Source of the DNA: Azolla caroliniana
Taxonomy: Eukaryota; Plantae; Polypodiophyta
Length of the DNA stretch: 64,000 nt
Direction of reading: 5' to 3'
Assembly (NCBI GenBank): GCA_043228905.1
Contig: JBHGNT010000015.1
Location: 19,778,001 to 19,842,000, forward strand
Part shown: one piece after another, positions 50,251 through 64,000 of the stretch
Layout of the letters: the number at the start of each line of letters is the position of its first letter
How positions within the stretch are numbered: position 1 is the stretch's first letter
Translations under genes and position numbers: made by a program
The notes under the pieces: generated by a model
The model's database searches: none
The model's input: only the letters and a program-made list of their open reading frames with translations
Told to the model about the DNA's origin: nothing

Positions 50251-50807
50251 ACCCTGAATCTACTCTCCTTCTATTCTATTCTTCCCTCGAGCCTTCAGTA
50301 CAACCTTTTTGTACGCCTTCTTAATACAGAAAAGCTATGGAATTCTCAAAGTGACCATTTCGAGATGATCGAGCTGTGGCTTGTTCCGTATTGTTCTTCA
50401 GATCGAAACTGTGTTCTAATTTGAGAGCGAAAAAATAAAATGACAAAAGAAGGATCAAAAGGAAAACTACAGAACGATCAGGACCTTCACGGAATCCATG
50501 CGTTCTGCGGTGCTTCCCTCTGCGATTGGACAGCGACAAAGGTGCGGATCTAGGGTTTTTTTAACATCCGCTCGTCTGCGTGACTGGATGCGAGGGGAGG
50601 GGACATGGAGCAGAGAGCGGAATGGCGGGGGAGCAGGGGGGGGGGGGGGGGGATTCCAGAAGAAACGGAAGGAAGCGAAGGAGAAGGAAGGATCAATGGC
50701 GGAGCTTTGAACTGTTTTTCTGTGGTTTTGTTTCGATACACAAAGAGACAGACACACAACACAGACTGAGTACAAAGTCTGTATGTACATGTATTTGTTT
50801 GGCTTTG

Positions 50808-51025
50808 TTTATGTATGTATGTATGTATTTTTATGTATGTATGTATGTATTTTAATGTATGTATGTATGTATAATATATGTATTTTAATGTATGTATGTA
50901 TGTATAATGTATGTATTTTAATGTATGTATGTATGTATGTATTTTAATGTATGTATGTATGTATGTATGTATAATGTATGTATGTATGTATTTTAATGTA
51001 TGTATGTATGTATAATGTATGTATG
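50808..51025. repeat. (TATG)n-rich microsatellite
   Basis: Interrupted tatg array, directly visible. Confidence 0.9.
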
Positions 51026-51480
51026 CATAGTACATATGTAATATACTCGAATGCATTGGCAAACATTATTTTTCATACGTATGTAAACGCAACCGTATGT
51101 TTATCAAAACATTCTTATAGCTTCTTCTTTTTTTTGCACTTTTTGCCTTAACTTTCTTACCTTAAAAAAAATTACCTTAGAATAAATAATGAATACAAAA
51201 GTATGGTATTGAATCACCACACTTCGAGGGTGTTTACCATACTCGAATGATTGAAACATTTCTCGACTGTGAATGCATTTTTGCGTACCATATGCTCATT
51301 CGCATTCGAGAAAATGTTTCAATCATTCGAGTATGGTAAATACCATACTTTTGTATTCATTATTTATTGTAAGGTAATTTTTTCAAGGTAAAAAGTGTAA
51401 AAAAAAACCTAAGAATGTTTTGGTAACATACGTAATCGTATGAAAAAGAATGTTTGCCAATGCATTCGAGTATATATGTA
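51026..51480. mobile_element. Fold-back element made of two inverted hAT-MITE-like halves
   Basis: tatactcgaatgcattggcaaacatt (~51037) pairs with aatgtttgccaatgcattcgagtata (~51449-51474). aataaataatgaatacaaaagtatggtatt pairs with its reverse complement near 51340. Confidence 0.75.
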
Positions 51481-51493
51481 CGTATGTATGCGA

Positions 51494-51983
51494 TGTGTCT
51501 ATTAGCTACCAAATCATAAATAGGGTCAGCGAGGGAATCGCGGCCACAGACGGTGCAAGTCGCTCAACTGATGGCGCATGCGATTTGCACGTCCGATTTG
51601 CATAATAAAAAACGCACGATAAAAAAAAAGTTGTCAGAGGTCGCCCAACTCTGAGTTCTCGGTCACCCAACCTACCAACCAAGTTTGATTGTGGTTGCCC
51701 AACTGACGTGTGGTCACCCAACCCATTAAGTGGTATTGCTGTTCATCTCAAGTTTTTGTTGTTTATCTCACATTTTAAAATCAGGTCGCCCAACCTATTA
51801 CTCACTTGGCCCAATCTATTTTAATTAGGTCATCCAACTTGCAACGATCAAAGTTGGGCGACCTCTAACAACTTTTTTTTCGAACTGTGCAGATCACACA
51901 CACCATTAGCTGAGCGACCTGCACCATTTGTGGCTGTGATTCCCTCATCAACCCTATTTATGAATTGGTAGCGGATAGACACA
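51494..51983. mobile_element. Non-autonomous TIR element (~100-bp TIRs)
   Basis: tgtgtctattagctaccaaatcataaataggg..gcgatttgcac pairs with gtgcagatcac..ccctatttatgaattggtagcggatagacaca. Confidence 0.8.
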
Positions 51984-52023
51984 AGTGTGTGTTATGTAAT
52001 GTATCTATGTATGTATGTACAAC

Positions 52024-53561
52024 GTGTCTATTTGCACCCAAAACATAAAGAGGCATAGTGGGGGACTCGTAGCAACAGACAGTGCATGATGTTTAGCTAA
52101 GGGCACATGCGATTTGCACCGTCAGATATGGATAAAGCTAATGAAAAATGCACGCTAGTGAAAAAGCCAACACACTCTATCACCCGGCACATGACTCTTC
52201 ATTAATCCAAATGCCCTACTAATAGGAAGACACCCTACTCACATTCGGAATTTGCCATGCTCACATCTCTTTTAACACCTTGCTCCATAGAAGTCACCCT
52301 GCTCATACTAGGAAGACACCCTACTCACACCTTGCAAACACCCTGCTTCGCAAAAGATGCCCTTACTTATAATTATTAGGCTACCCGACTTGCAAGGGTA
52401 TAAAATCAAGCGCTTGACATTTTTCAAATCAGAGATTGTGCTTTTTGGAGGGATTTTTGATAGCCAGAAGTGGAGATAGAAGCATAACGAGACATGGAGA
52501 CAAATCCTAAAATATTTGGCATGGAATTATGGAAATCTAGAATACAAACGACCGAGGAAGCTATTCAATGGCTCAAGCAAGGGTTCGGATCCTTCAACCA
52601 TGATGTTATTGAGGATTGTATATAAACATTGGAAGACCTATCAAAAAGGGTGTATGGTTTGGGTCCACCGAAATCAACCTACGAAGAAGGTGTAGGATCC
52701 ATAAGTCGGAAGCAACAAATTGGTGCGAAAGAGAGGAGCGACGGTCAACAACTCACAAGAACTTATTGGCACCTCCCCAAACACTTTCAATCCCATGCCG
52801 AAAAAACTATATAGAGATGTAATTCGGGCTAGGAGACGGTTGCCAATACATTGTGAGATTGAGAAGGTTCGATGTTTGCATTGCAATGGTTTGACCTTGA
52901 CCTCATGGGATTCAAATGTTAATTGCTGCAAAAATTGTGGCTGCATGTTGCCATTATCCCCACATGAGCCATAATCTTTGCTTACGTTGAATTCAATTTT
53001 CATCCTTAGGTTTTTGTACTTGGATTGTGGACATTGTGTGTGTTAGATTTTGGACATTTTGTGATGATATATGTGCAATCTTAAGTTTTAAGTTTTGTGT
53101 AATTGGAAGATTGAGTGGAATTTTGGTGTAAGATTTTGATGTCAAATTTTTTGGTACACTTAGACTTTTTTGAAGTTTTTCATGTCTGAATTTTAGTTGT
53201 ACGCCTTGCTTGAGTTGGGTGGTTGTCTCTAAGTGGGTCAAGTATCTTATTGGAGTAGGGCGCATGTAGACAGATAGTAGGGTAACTAGTGACAAAAGCG
53301 ATCAAAGTCAAGTGTTTTTTTGGTTGGCATGCTTCACTAGGTTATTATTTTTTAATCATTATTATGTTGCTTTATCACTTTATTACTTTTATTTGGTGAC
53401 AGAGTCAGGTGCTTCGTGACAAAGGTGGTGGTTAGAATAGGGCACTTTTTAATACAGATCAGATAGTGTAGATCGCACACGCCTTAGCTAAGTGCCATGC
53501 ACCATTTGTGGCCACGATTCCCTCGCTAGCCCTCTTTATGATTTGGGTGCAAATAGAGACG
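52024..53561. mobile_element. Related TIR element carrying a decayed internal ORF
   Basis: gtgtctatttgcacccaaaacataaagagg.. pairs with ..cctctttatgatttgggtgcaaatagagac. Internal broken ORF at 52494-52974. Confidence 0.78.
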
Positions 53562-54063
53562 AGCATGTATGTATGTGTGTATATATGCACAGATGTATGT
53601 ACGTATGTAGAATAGGTTTGGGTGGTCATTTCATTTTGCATTGCCATATGGATGGGTGTCCATCTCCATTCCTATTCCCAATCTATTATTGTTCTTCTTA
53701 TATTTTCACTCATCTGTCACTCTTTGATAGAAGTCGAGGTAGGGGCCCTCGTCCATCACTCTCTAACAGAAGTCGAGGAAGGGGCAACTCTCCAAAATTA
53801 GCTCTTCTTGTGGTTACAATATGATCCACCCAGACCAAACAAGTAACCGAACACAATTTCCGACATTGTTGCGTGATCTCCATAATGATGATGTAAAATA
53901 TCAACTAATGTAATACGTAGTCCCATGACAATCACTCACTTTACATGAACCACTCCCCCTAGCAATAGTGTGTTAAAATGAAAACCAACAAATTGGTAGA
54001 TTGGGTAAATATGTCTAAATCACAACGACCACAATGATAGTTGGATAACATTAGGGTTTAGGC

Positions 54064-54325
54064 CATAGTGTGAACCATACGTGCATTCGCATTCGTGAAT
54101 GTTTCAATCATTCGAGTAAGAAAAACATCGTCAAAGAGTGATAAATACCATACTTTTGGATTAACTATTTATTATAAGGTAACTAAGCCTAAAAGTGGAA
54201 AAAAACATTTAAAAAATGGGAAAAACAAAAAAAAAACACAATAATGTTTGAATAACATTCGCATTCGTTTTCCAACGTAGGAAAACAAATGTTATGCTAG
54301 ACGAACATGAATTTTACGTACTATG
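54064..54325. mobile_element. hAT-type MITE
   Basis: CATAGT..ACTATG ends with 8-bp TSD GTTTAGGC. Inverted homologue of 8688-8943. Confidence 0.88.
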
Positions 54326-55567
54326 GTTTAGGCTATAAATGTTTCCTGATATGAACAAATAGGGTGGCTTCACTATTCATGCATGTGAGGGCAATAAACA
54401 ACTTCTTCTTGCATTACTTGCTCTAGCAAAAACAATGTTGATTTATATTATGGAAAATATTTGAAGACTTTTCTGCAATATGATATCCACATTTCAAATT
54501 GGCTCTACATATGAACTTTAGTATGCACATAATGAGTTGTGGTGGTGCAATGGCCCTCATGGGTTCACCCCCTACCCCAATTGAACCTACACCAAAGTCA
54601 CGTATGTGGAGCTTCACATGTCAAGGGGGGGGGTGTTGTATAGAAATGTGAGTAAATAGAGACTTTGCCCTTGTTGTGTCTTGCTAGTTATAAACTTATA
54701 TGCCAATAACAAGCCATAAAGGCCATCATTGTAGGGAACCATGATGAAGCTTGTGGCTTTTGATGGGTTAGACTCTAGAGCATTGGAATGCATACTTGTT
54801 TAAAGGACATTCATTACACACTCTTTACTTTGAGAAGCTAAACCCATTCAACCATCTTTGAGCAATCTCGATCGCAACATCAACTGTGTTTAGCATCATA
54901 TTCTTCAACCATTGTTTTTTTTTTCAAACCAAATTATCCCTCCATTACTAAGAAAGGTCGTAACGGTTACATCATACAAAGTATTTTTTCCCAAGCCCGT
55001 CTTGTGTAGACGATGGTTGAGGAAACAAATCTATGTACTCCCTAGACACATTGCAAGGTATCCATATCCATAGGTAACAACGAAAGTAGCTCTATTCGGA
55101 AACAAACCCTCTCAGGCCATAGTTATGAACCATTCAATACTTCTTCAACATGTACATCTCGGATTTGAAGGCGATGAACTATGTTCTTTGGTTTTTCAAG
55201 AGAACCACTTTCCACATTCATGGCTGTAAAGTCAACAACTATGCTTCCTCTTTCCCCATCAACCATCAACTATTCTTCAACCATTGTTGCAATCTCATGC
55301 TCACTCTAAACCCTAATCTCAAGGTCGATGAGAATCGGTAAAGTTTTTGCTCTTCTCGCCTTGTATGAGAAATAGGAGTCTTGATGACGATTTCTTCCAA
55401 AACTTCGAACACAACCATGTGACCACTTAAAAAGACCAAGCATATGTATTTGCCAGAAAAGGCACCAATATGGAGAGGGTGTCCTCCCCCCACCCCATCC
55501 CCATGCCCAACACATGCATTGTTTTTTAGATATGTAGACACATATAATACATACGCAATTGATTTTC

Positions 55568-55877
55568 GGGAAAAGTACCAGGATACCCCTGGAAGTTCGT
55601 CTATTTACCAGAATGCCCCTGGAAGTTCCAAATTTACCAAACTACCCCTATGTCCAAAAAATTATTATAAAGTAATTAATACACTCAAATCTTTGGTAAA
55701 TAGGGCTAGTTTGGGTCCATTTCTTCCATCTTTGGTAAATAGGGCTTGTAGATTTGAGTGTATAATTACTTTATACAGTGTAATTTTTTGGACATAGGGG
55801 TGGTTTGGTAAATTTAGAACTTCCAGGGGCATTCTGGTAAATAGACGAACTTCCAGGGGTATCCTGGTACTTTTCCC
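55568..55877. mobile_element. Mutator-type MITE, near-perfect palindrome
   Basis: ~95-bp TIRs GGGAAAAGTACCAGGATACCCCTGGAAG.., flanks TTGATTTTC / TTGATTTTA (9-bp TSD, one mismatch). Confidence 0.9.
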
Positions 55878-56148
55878 TTGATTTTATAATTTTGGTTGAT
55901 TGATCCTCTCGCCTCTCATTCAGACCAAGCAAGTTTATGTAATTCTCAACCAAATCCATGGTGTACAATCCACCCACTTCTGATGAACTTCTGATGAACT
56001 AAACAGAAAGAGGGATTTGACTTGCCCCATCCAATGCCCATTCATTTTGAGAACACCTAACTTATAGCTCCGTTTTCCTTCATGTATAAGAAAACGGAGT
56101 CATAATCTGCATGGGGTTGTTCTGTATAGAAGGCCTATTTATTGGGAA

Positions 56149-59100
56149 ATGCTGAAACCAGAGGAGACAGTGCTTTCATCTTCTTTGTGTGAGCAAGTCC
56201 CCTCTATAAATAGCTCGATAGAAATCATTCAACAGAGCAGAAGAAAGAAAGATCTATCTTATACAAGGTATGTCCATGTGAAGTTATGTGAATATGGTAT
56301 CAAAACACATATCGTAATAGGAAATTGTGTAGTTTCTATGTTTGCTGAATGTGGTAGCATTCTTGATGCCCAACAAGCTTTTGATCGGATTTCGGTTCGA
56401 AATGAGTTTTGTTGGACCTCCCTTATTGAAGCATATATTGATAATGGAAAGCTTGATCATGCCTTGTTTTTACATGAAACTATGCAAGACTACTCTGTTT
56501 CTCCGAGTAGGTTCACCTACATGACTTTGTTAAAAACTTGCAGTCGTTCGAAATGCATTGATAACGGTCGAGAATTGCATGCTGAAATGAGTGATAATGG
56601 GCTATCTCTAGACATTTTCTTTGGCAATACTCTCATCGATATGTATGCAAAATGTGGGTGTTTTGAGAAAGCTCTAGAATCTTTTGATCAGCTTCCATGG
56701 CTTCTTTATTGAAGCATTGAATTGTTTTGAGAAAATGGAAGTATCCAATGCAGTACCCGATGTGATCACATACAATTGCATCCTAAAAGGTCTCAGCATA
56801 AGTAGAGATATAGAATGCAGATGGAAAATGCACATAAAGATAATAAAGAATGGTCTAGAGGTAAATCTCTCCCTTTGAAGCTCATTGGTGGATATGTATA
56901 TTAGGTGTGGATTGTTGGAACGGTTGCATATAAGGTATTTAATAGCTCACCCATCCAAAACATTGAGCTATGGATTGCCCTCATTTCAGGCTATGTGGAA
57001 AGTGGGTTCATGCAAGAAGCTTTAGTTTGCTTTGAACAAATGCAATCCGAACATATTTTGCCTGACGGTGTCACATACCTCTACTGCTTGAGGGCATGTG
57101 GTGCTATCAAAAATCTTGAAAAGGGGAGAGAATTGCATTCAATGATTCCTGAAGAAGTGCTTAAGAAACATCCTTATTTAAGAAATACGTTGGTGGATTT
57201 ATATGCGAAATGTGGTTCACTTCAGGAAGCACATGAGGTACTAAGAGGACATCCTCTCCGGGATGTCGTGTCTTGGAATACTTTGATTAATGGATACATT
57301 CAGTGTGGTCTTGGGAAAGAAGCACTCAATTATTTCCATGAAATGCAGCTAGACGGAGTGCACCCTAACACAATTACAGTTGTTTGTGCTTTGAAATCTT
57401 GTAGTGCTCTAGGAGATATTTCCAAGGTCTACATTTGCACAATGAGGTGTCTCTATTGGCCCTTGCAACAGACCTCCCAGTGGCAAACAGTCTCATTGAT
57501 ATGTATGCGCAATGTGGATATCTTGGTGAAGCACAAGCTGTGTTTGGTAATATGTCCGTGCGAGACGAAGTTTTGTGGACAACTTTGATTGCTGGATATG
57601 CTGAAGAGGGCCTTGGTGAGAAAGTTTTGGAGCACTTGAAACAGATGCAACTTGAAGGCTTTATTCCCAATGCTGTAACCCTGGTATGCAGTCTAAAAGC
57701 TTGTATTAGTATTGGAGCGATTGACAAAGGGCAACAAATACATGCTGAGATTGTGAAGGAAGGTTTTGACTCAAATGTTTTCATTGGAAACGTTCTAGTG
57801 GATATATATTCAAAGTATGGCATGGTTGTAGATGCGTCAGATATACTAGACACTCTAACTGCTCGAGACATTGTTACATGGAATTCACTGATTGCTGGAT
57901 ATGTTGAAGATGGCCGTGGTGAAGAAGCTCTCAACTGCCTGTTAGAGATGCAAGTAGAAGGCATATCTTCAGATCCTATCACAATGCTTTGTTCTTTGAA
58001 AGCTTGTGTTACAATAAAGTCATCATATAGTAGTCATAATATCCACGATGAAATTATCGTAAAGGGGTTTGAAAATGAGAGTCACATTAAAAATATATTA
58101 GTTGACACGTATGCCAAATGTGGCTGTTTTTCGGATGCAGAGTGTTTGCTTATTAGAATGCAAGTCTGAGACATTGTAGCCTGGACAGCCTTGATTGGAG
58201 GATATGTTGAACAAGGTTTAGGTGACAAAGCTTTGGACTGTTACCAACTCATGCTATAAGAAAAAATACCATCAGATGAGGTAGTTTTTGTTTGTGGCTT
58301 GAAAGCTTGTGGAAATATTACTTCTCTTCATGATGGCCAGAAATTATACATTGAGATTGTTAAGCATGGCGTTGAGCAAGAAGTTCAAATTGGAAACACT
58401 CTTATGGACATGTATGTGAAATGTGGTTCTCTCATCGAAGCTCAAACTGTCTTTGATAAGCTGCAAAGCCGAGATGCAATCTCATGGACAACACTTATGT
58501 CTGGATATTCAGAAAATGGGATTAGTGAGAGATCACTGAGAGGTTTGGAACTTATGTCATTGGAAGGTATATCACCTGATGTTATTGCACTTACCAGATG
58601 TCTGGAAGCATGTACAACTGTAGGCTTCATAACCACTGGTCAAGAACTACATATCGAGGTCGTAGAGAAGGGATATGAGACAGATCACTATGTCAGCAAC
58701 ACATTAGTTGGCATGTATGGAAATTTTGGCTTTTATGACGAGGTAAACATGATGTTTGATAAGCTGTTAGTCCAGGACTGTGCCTCTTGGAATGCATTGA
58801 TTTTGGGATATGCCGCTAATGGGATCGGTCAAGAAGCACTGCGATGTTTTCGAGAGATGCAGTATCATGATATTACTCCAGACAATGCATCATGGAATGG
58901 AGTGATATGGGGATTTGCGAAACAAGAAGACACGGATAAAGCTTTTGAAGTTCTCGGGTGTTTATTGGAACAAGGTTTTCTGCCAAGTACCGTCATCATG
59001 GCCAGCCTTTTGAAAGCTTGTAGCAGCCCACTAGCATGCGAAAATGCTAAAAGGATTCATGCTCAGGCATACACTGTTGGTGATTTTGAGGCTGGTTTTG

Positions 59101-59597
59101 CAATGGCCCTTCTTGACATCTATAGTAAATATGGAAGCATGGTTGATGCTCAATATATGTTCGATGTGATGCCAAGAAAGTCTCTCGTTGCATGGAATGC
59201 ATTCATTGCAGGAAATGCTCGCATAGGACAGAGTGATGTTGTTTTCTTACTGTTTGAGAGGATGAAATATGAAGGAACACGACCAAATGATATCACCTTT
59301 CTTAGTCTTCTCACAACATGTTGTCATGTGGGTTTACTAGAGAAAGGTCAGTATTACTTTAAAGCTATGACTAAAGACTACGACGATATTGACTCAAGTA
59401 TTCAACATTACACATGTATGATAGACCTTTTGGGTCGAGCGGGCCTTGTGGATGAAGCCATAAACATGATGAAGAAGATGCCATTTGTTTCTGATTTTGC
59501 CATGTGGAGCACTATAATAGAGGCTTGTCAAAAGTGGGGGAATGTAGAGATTGTAACTAAGGCATTTGAGGAGGTTAGAAAATTGGAAGGATTTTAA
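56149..59597 (+). pseudogene. PLS-class pentatricopeptide repeat gene, disrupted
   Basis: Repeated NTLxDMYAKCG / DVVSWN motifs, ending in HYTCMIDLLGRAG and a truncated E region. Frameshift or deletion near 56700, 56905 and 57430, stops at ~56876, 58167 and 58257. Confidence 0.88.
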
Positions 59598-60009
59598 AAT
59601 AATGTCATAATAACCTCCAACTTGGGAGAAAGGGATATTAAAATGGCGGACCTCATTGTGACAGCCGGTACGCTAGAACATTCAAAGAAGAATGCATGTA
59701 TTTATATTTTCAATCTCAAAGCCCAAACGGACATGTTCATATATTGTATAGTTGTACCTTGTCTATATGATTTTCTTGTATTAGGGTTGTACTCTAGTTG
59801 TAAGCAAAGTTTTTACTAACCGGGACCTTGGTTCAAATCACATTAATGTACTCCTTCACTAGATGCCATTGTGGAATGTAGGTAGTTGAACATCAAACAA
59901 TCTTATCCAAAATTTAGTCACATGAATATTGGGACAACGAAGCTTTGTTCCCTGTGCAAAGTTGAAGGGGGAACAAAATTGAGCTCACTAATATATTTCC
60001 ATGACAGTA

Positions 60010-60166
60010 TTCCCATTTGTATTTTTATATGGTCATCTATCATATATCACACATGACACATGAATCACATGACATGAGACTTGGCATGTTCCCATTTGTA
60101 TTTTTATATGGTCATCTATCATATATCACACATGACACATGAATCACATCACATGAGACTTGGCAC
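60010..60166. repeat. ~79-bp tandem duplication
   Basis: ttcccatttgtatttttatatggtcatc..catgagacttggca occurs twice. Confidence 0.9.
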
Positions 60167-61066
60167 GTGTCACGTAACATATTTGTCTTGAAACCTCAAG
60201 TAGTGTTGCCTTAAAAAACACAAACCTTAATAAACTTACAAGATGGTGAAGCATACAATCATTAAATGCACATAAATAAGTTTAAACATGGTGAAAATGG
60301 TGAGAAAATGAATGCAAAAAAATAATTGTCCCCAAAAGCTGAGGGGTGATTTCTCCTTAAAAAACTCTAAAATTACATTACTATTATAACCAACTAGGGA
60401 GACAATATTAATCAATACTAAAGTGCATGAATGCCTAAACGAATTTTCCTACCATGGAATACCTACACTATGAAAATTCAAAGCCATGGACTGCAAGAAG
60501 CACAAATTTACTACATATCTACCAAAGTGAAAGAAATCCAAACGCAACTACAAGAGAGGATGGTGAGGGATTATGCCTTACATTGGTTGGTTTGTTTACA
60601 CCTCAAGTTGACACCCATTGATTGGGATCAATATTGTGGGAGGTGTGACCATCATATTAGAAGAGGATGCATGCAAAACCTAATATTTTGAGGTCTTTGT
60701 TAGAACAAATGTCTTAATACAAGAGCTCTGTTGCACAATAGACGAATGCTTCTGAAAATGAAGGTAATAACAAAATTCTTTTTCTTTTTCAAGTGTAAAA
60801 ATTTGATCAATATATTTCTCACTGTAATAGTAGGGCCAAAAAGTAGCATCAGAGATGATATCGGTACACCACCTATTCATGCTTGCATGAGACAAGTGAA
60901 GCCATAAGCTATAACGTGAAATTACATAGCCCATAGAACATCTTAATTGGCATTTCAAAAAAATAATGTAAAAATGGAAAATGAAATGCTTCACTTCTCT
61001 ATTGGTAGCACATCACTTATTTTACAAAAAGAAAAGTATGTACACTAAAAAACAATCACAAGATCT

Positions 61067-63996
61067 CTACTTTCTCGCACTATAGTAGAGCTCTATATAG
61101 TCCAATGCTGGCTTGTTCCAAGACCAATCTTGCTCCATAACTTGTTTGCACAAACCATTGAACCAATCCCGGGCTTCGTACCACGCTGACAGTGCCCTGT
61201 GTCCAACATGCAATTGTTATATCCACTCTTTACACCACCAAGTAATATCACAATAGTATATAATACCCATTTCCACTATACAACACACAGCAATTGAAGA
61301 AAAGATTGGTGATCCACTCTTTACAAAATCATGACAGTAGATAATACACATTGTCAGTATACAATAATAACATTAGTTGAAAGAAACCATTGTTAATCCA
61401 CTATTTACACCAACTAAGGAAAATCACAACAGCATTTAACACATATTGTTGGTATACAACAATAATACCAATCAAGGAGAAAATGTAGCATTACCTATTC
61501 AATGCATAATCCACTCCAGGAGCATCGGTACCATCAAAACTAAAGCCGTTCGGCTCCAAACCATTGTAAAAAGCTCGGTCTCTATCATGGTCAACATCAA
61601 ATACTGTGTCGTTGAGACCTAAACAATAACAAGATGTTGAGATTCACGTCACTCACAAGGAAAGAAGCGCTGCTTGCGAAAAGAAACTTGTAAAGATGAA
61701 ATTGTAAAAGCGGCCTGGTAAGGACATGCATACAGGATTCATTATGGTATAATCATCTTCCACTGCCTTTGTGTTCTAAATCACAAAGTCGATGAATTTA
61801 CTTTGCTATACATAATAGCCTCCAAATTTAAATTAAAAACCTCATCACATTTAGAAATATTTTTTATGGCTTATGTACAACAACTATAATGAGGAATGTA
61901 GGCCATACACAGTCTTAAAAGTTTCAACATTAATGCCAAAGAAAACTAAGATAATCAAGACTAATGCCGAAGCAAGCAAGTTTATCATGTCTATATACTA
62001 TGGAAACTTTGAAAAGAAGAATTCAAGTATTACCTCCTGTTCTGCGCACAATTGGTATGGTTCCGTAGCGCATTGCAGTCAACTGTGTAAGTCCACATGG
62101 TTCGAACATCGACGGTATTAATATGAAATCAGCACCAGCGTATATCTATTCACAAGGCCCAAGCTTGAAAGTCAATAATGCATTTTCTACCAGAAACCTA
62201 ACTAATCTTCTGACTTAATCAGATTATCAGTATACTATTAAGTTAAAGATGCGACTCTTTTAAAAAAATAGTGCCATCAGTGGGATCGGATGATTGCAAC
62301 TTTTGATGAATTTCTTATATAAAATTCCTTGTACCAAGTGAGACAAAGGTTCATCATAGTGCAAGCACAAGCTAGCCATTTCGCCTTTAGAATTATGAAG
62401 TTCTGTAGCTAAGTTGTTGAAATCATTCTGTATTCGTGGATCTGGGGCAGAACCAAGTAAAACCACCTAAAATATGTGGGAGATACCAATAAGTAACCAT
62501 ATATACGAAATTATCAAGATATTAATAAAGTAAGCATTTATTAAAAGCATCTATATTGTAATAGATAGCCAAAACAAACTTTGCAGAGCCCAAAAATAAA
62601 TAGTCTACAAAACTTGACCTTTTTGTATGCATACATATATCCTCATAAGGTTATCTAGACACAATAGACTATGCTAATCTTTTCTATAGAAGAGAACTCA
62701 GAGGCTTTATGCAATAATTCTAAAGCATTTGCTTTTAATTGAGAAATAATTGACTACTGAAGTAAAACTTCTAGTGGGTTCAACAAAACATACAAGAGGA
62801 GAATATCTGCATAATGTCAATGATTATTTCAAACCCTGAAGTAATGCCTCTGATATATTACTATTACAGTCGTCCCAAGATTATTTCAATCTTGGATAAC
62901 TTCTTAGCACAATATACTGAACCAATCTTGAGTTTAGTATCAAACACATGTATTGAGTCTTGACTCTTGACATTCACATATGATTCTGCTGATTAATCTA
63001 TGATTGAGTATAGCCAGCATGAGACAATTTCAGGGGATATTTGTGTTTTCTATCTGGTATCTTAAATTATTTTTGGAAACATAGGGTGAACAACATGGGT
63101 ATATATAATAATTATGTATCGCAACCTCAATACAGAGGACATAACCCAAAAGTGGCACAGGAACAGCAACGGAGGTGCAAAAGAAGAGAAGTATCATCAG
63201 TATTCTTCAATAAAGGGTTCAAAAAGTAGCATCAGTATTCAACAAATTTAGTTCATGCAGAAAAGGCTAAAATGACCGCCCCAACAATTAGCTCACTACT
63301 TATTTTGGTAGGAAATTTAAGGTTTATCCTAGATATCCTATGAAGATAGAGTGCTTAGCGTTGTTGATAAGAAGCTAAATGTCAAATTGGAATAAGAAAC
63401 TGGATATCAGCTAATAGAACTCACGTTCAAAAGTCACACAGACATTGTTAATATTCCTCATACATCAGACAGACTTTTGCGATTTTCTAGAGGGAAACTA
63501 TAATGCTAAAAATTGCCATTGAGTTTCCTGGGCAGATTATAAGTGATTTCAAGAGACGATTCACTAGTATACACACCTGCCCACCTCGTTCCAGGGTTTT
63601 CCATATTGCATGCTTAATGAGATGAATTCCCTTTTGCGCAGTTAAACGAGTGACAATTCCCACAAGAGGTCGATCAATCTTTGCTAATCCTAGTCTTGAT
63701 TGCAGCTCTTCCTTTGCTGCCCTTTTGCCTTCTGACACATTTTCTGAAGTGTACAAGAACTGCCATACAATATTTAAGTGTTAATATACAAATGATCGCC
63801 TACATTTTATTCTTTTCACACCACAATCCTTCTTTTATGAGATAAAATACAAGAAGAATGTAATTACTGGGATAAATGGATCATTATATGGGTCCCAAAT
63901 GTCAAGATCTATGCCATTCCTGATGCCATGAAACTTGTGGAGGTGCGCAGAAATTGCAGGAGTTCCAGAAACTTCGCGTGCATATGTCTCAGAAAC
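61067..63996 (-). CDS. SS3: Soluble starch synthase III, 3' exons (gene continues past the window)
   Basis: [56 protein letters not shown] and [18 protein letters not shown]. Exons 63996-63868, 63759-63577, 62466-62335, 62145-62034, 61618-61495, 61196-61067. Confidence 0.93.
61221..61485. repeat. Diverged ~85-90-bp tandem repeat x3 in the last SS3 intron
   Basis: atccactctttaca..tatacaa units at ~61221, 61312 and 61396. Confidence 0.7.
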
Positions 63997-64000
63997 CTAA

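Noticed and set aside
50550-51062. 170-aa YIHT-repeat ORF
   Set aside because: Translation of the (TATG)n microsatellite.
54700-55450. Possible LINE ORF1 remnant on the minus strand
   Set aside because: No unambiguous motif recovered by eye.
56149-59597. PPR stops repaired by U-to-C RNA editing
   Set aside because: Such editing is organellar, and this nuclear gene also has frameshifts.

Overview
Nuclear DNA from a land plant. The intron style, PLS-class PPR gene and TE spectrum suggest a non-seed vascular plant such as a fern (inference). Host genes are all on the minus strand: a 17-exon chloroplast DExH helicase (ISE2, 9915-20211), a CTD phosphatase with two dsRNA-binding domains (CPL1-like, 40640-49429) and the 3' end of starch synthase III. 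A disrupted PLS-PPR gene lies on the plus strand. The standout is three intact, intronless, GC-richer ~610-aa genes (1624-3447 +, 25144-26976 -, 36957-38786 -) encoding bacterial-style type II flavin monooxygenases with an N-terminal SnoaL-like extension; they are not YUCCAs. One tandem duplication and one inverted duplication produced them, and the inverted one also left a CPL1 pseudogene fragment at 1-1315. The paralogues differ at the putative His-Asp/Tyr catalytic positions (HD..Y, HN..F, HF..F), suggesting a horizontally acquired enzyme diversifying into new chemistry. Between copies 2 and 3 lies a decayed Penelope-like retroelement ending in a degenerate minimal hammerhead ribozyme. It is interrupted by a chromovirus Gypsy element with apparently identical LTRs but a broken ORF. 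Copia LTRs, hAT and Mutator-type MITEs, LINE debris and tandem repeats fill the rest.
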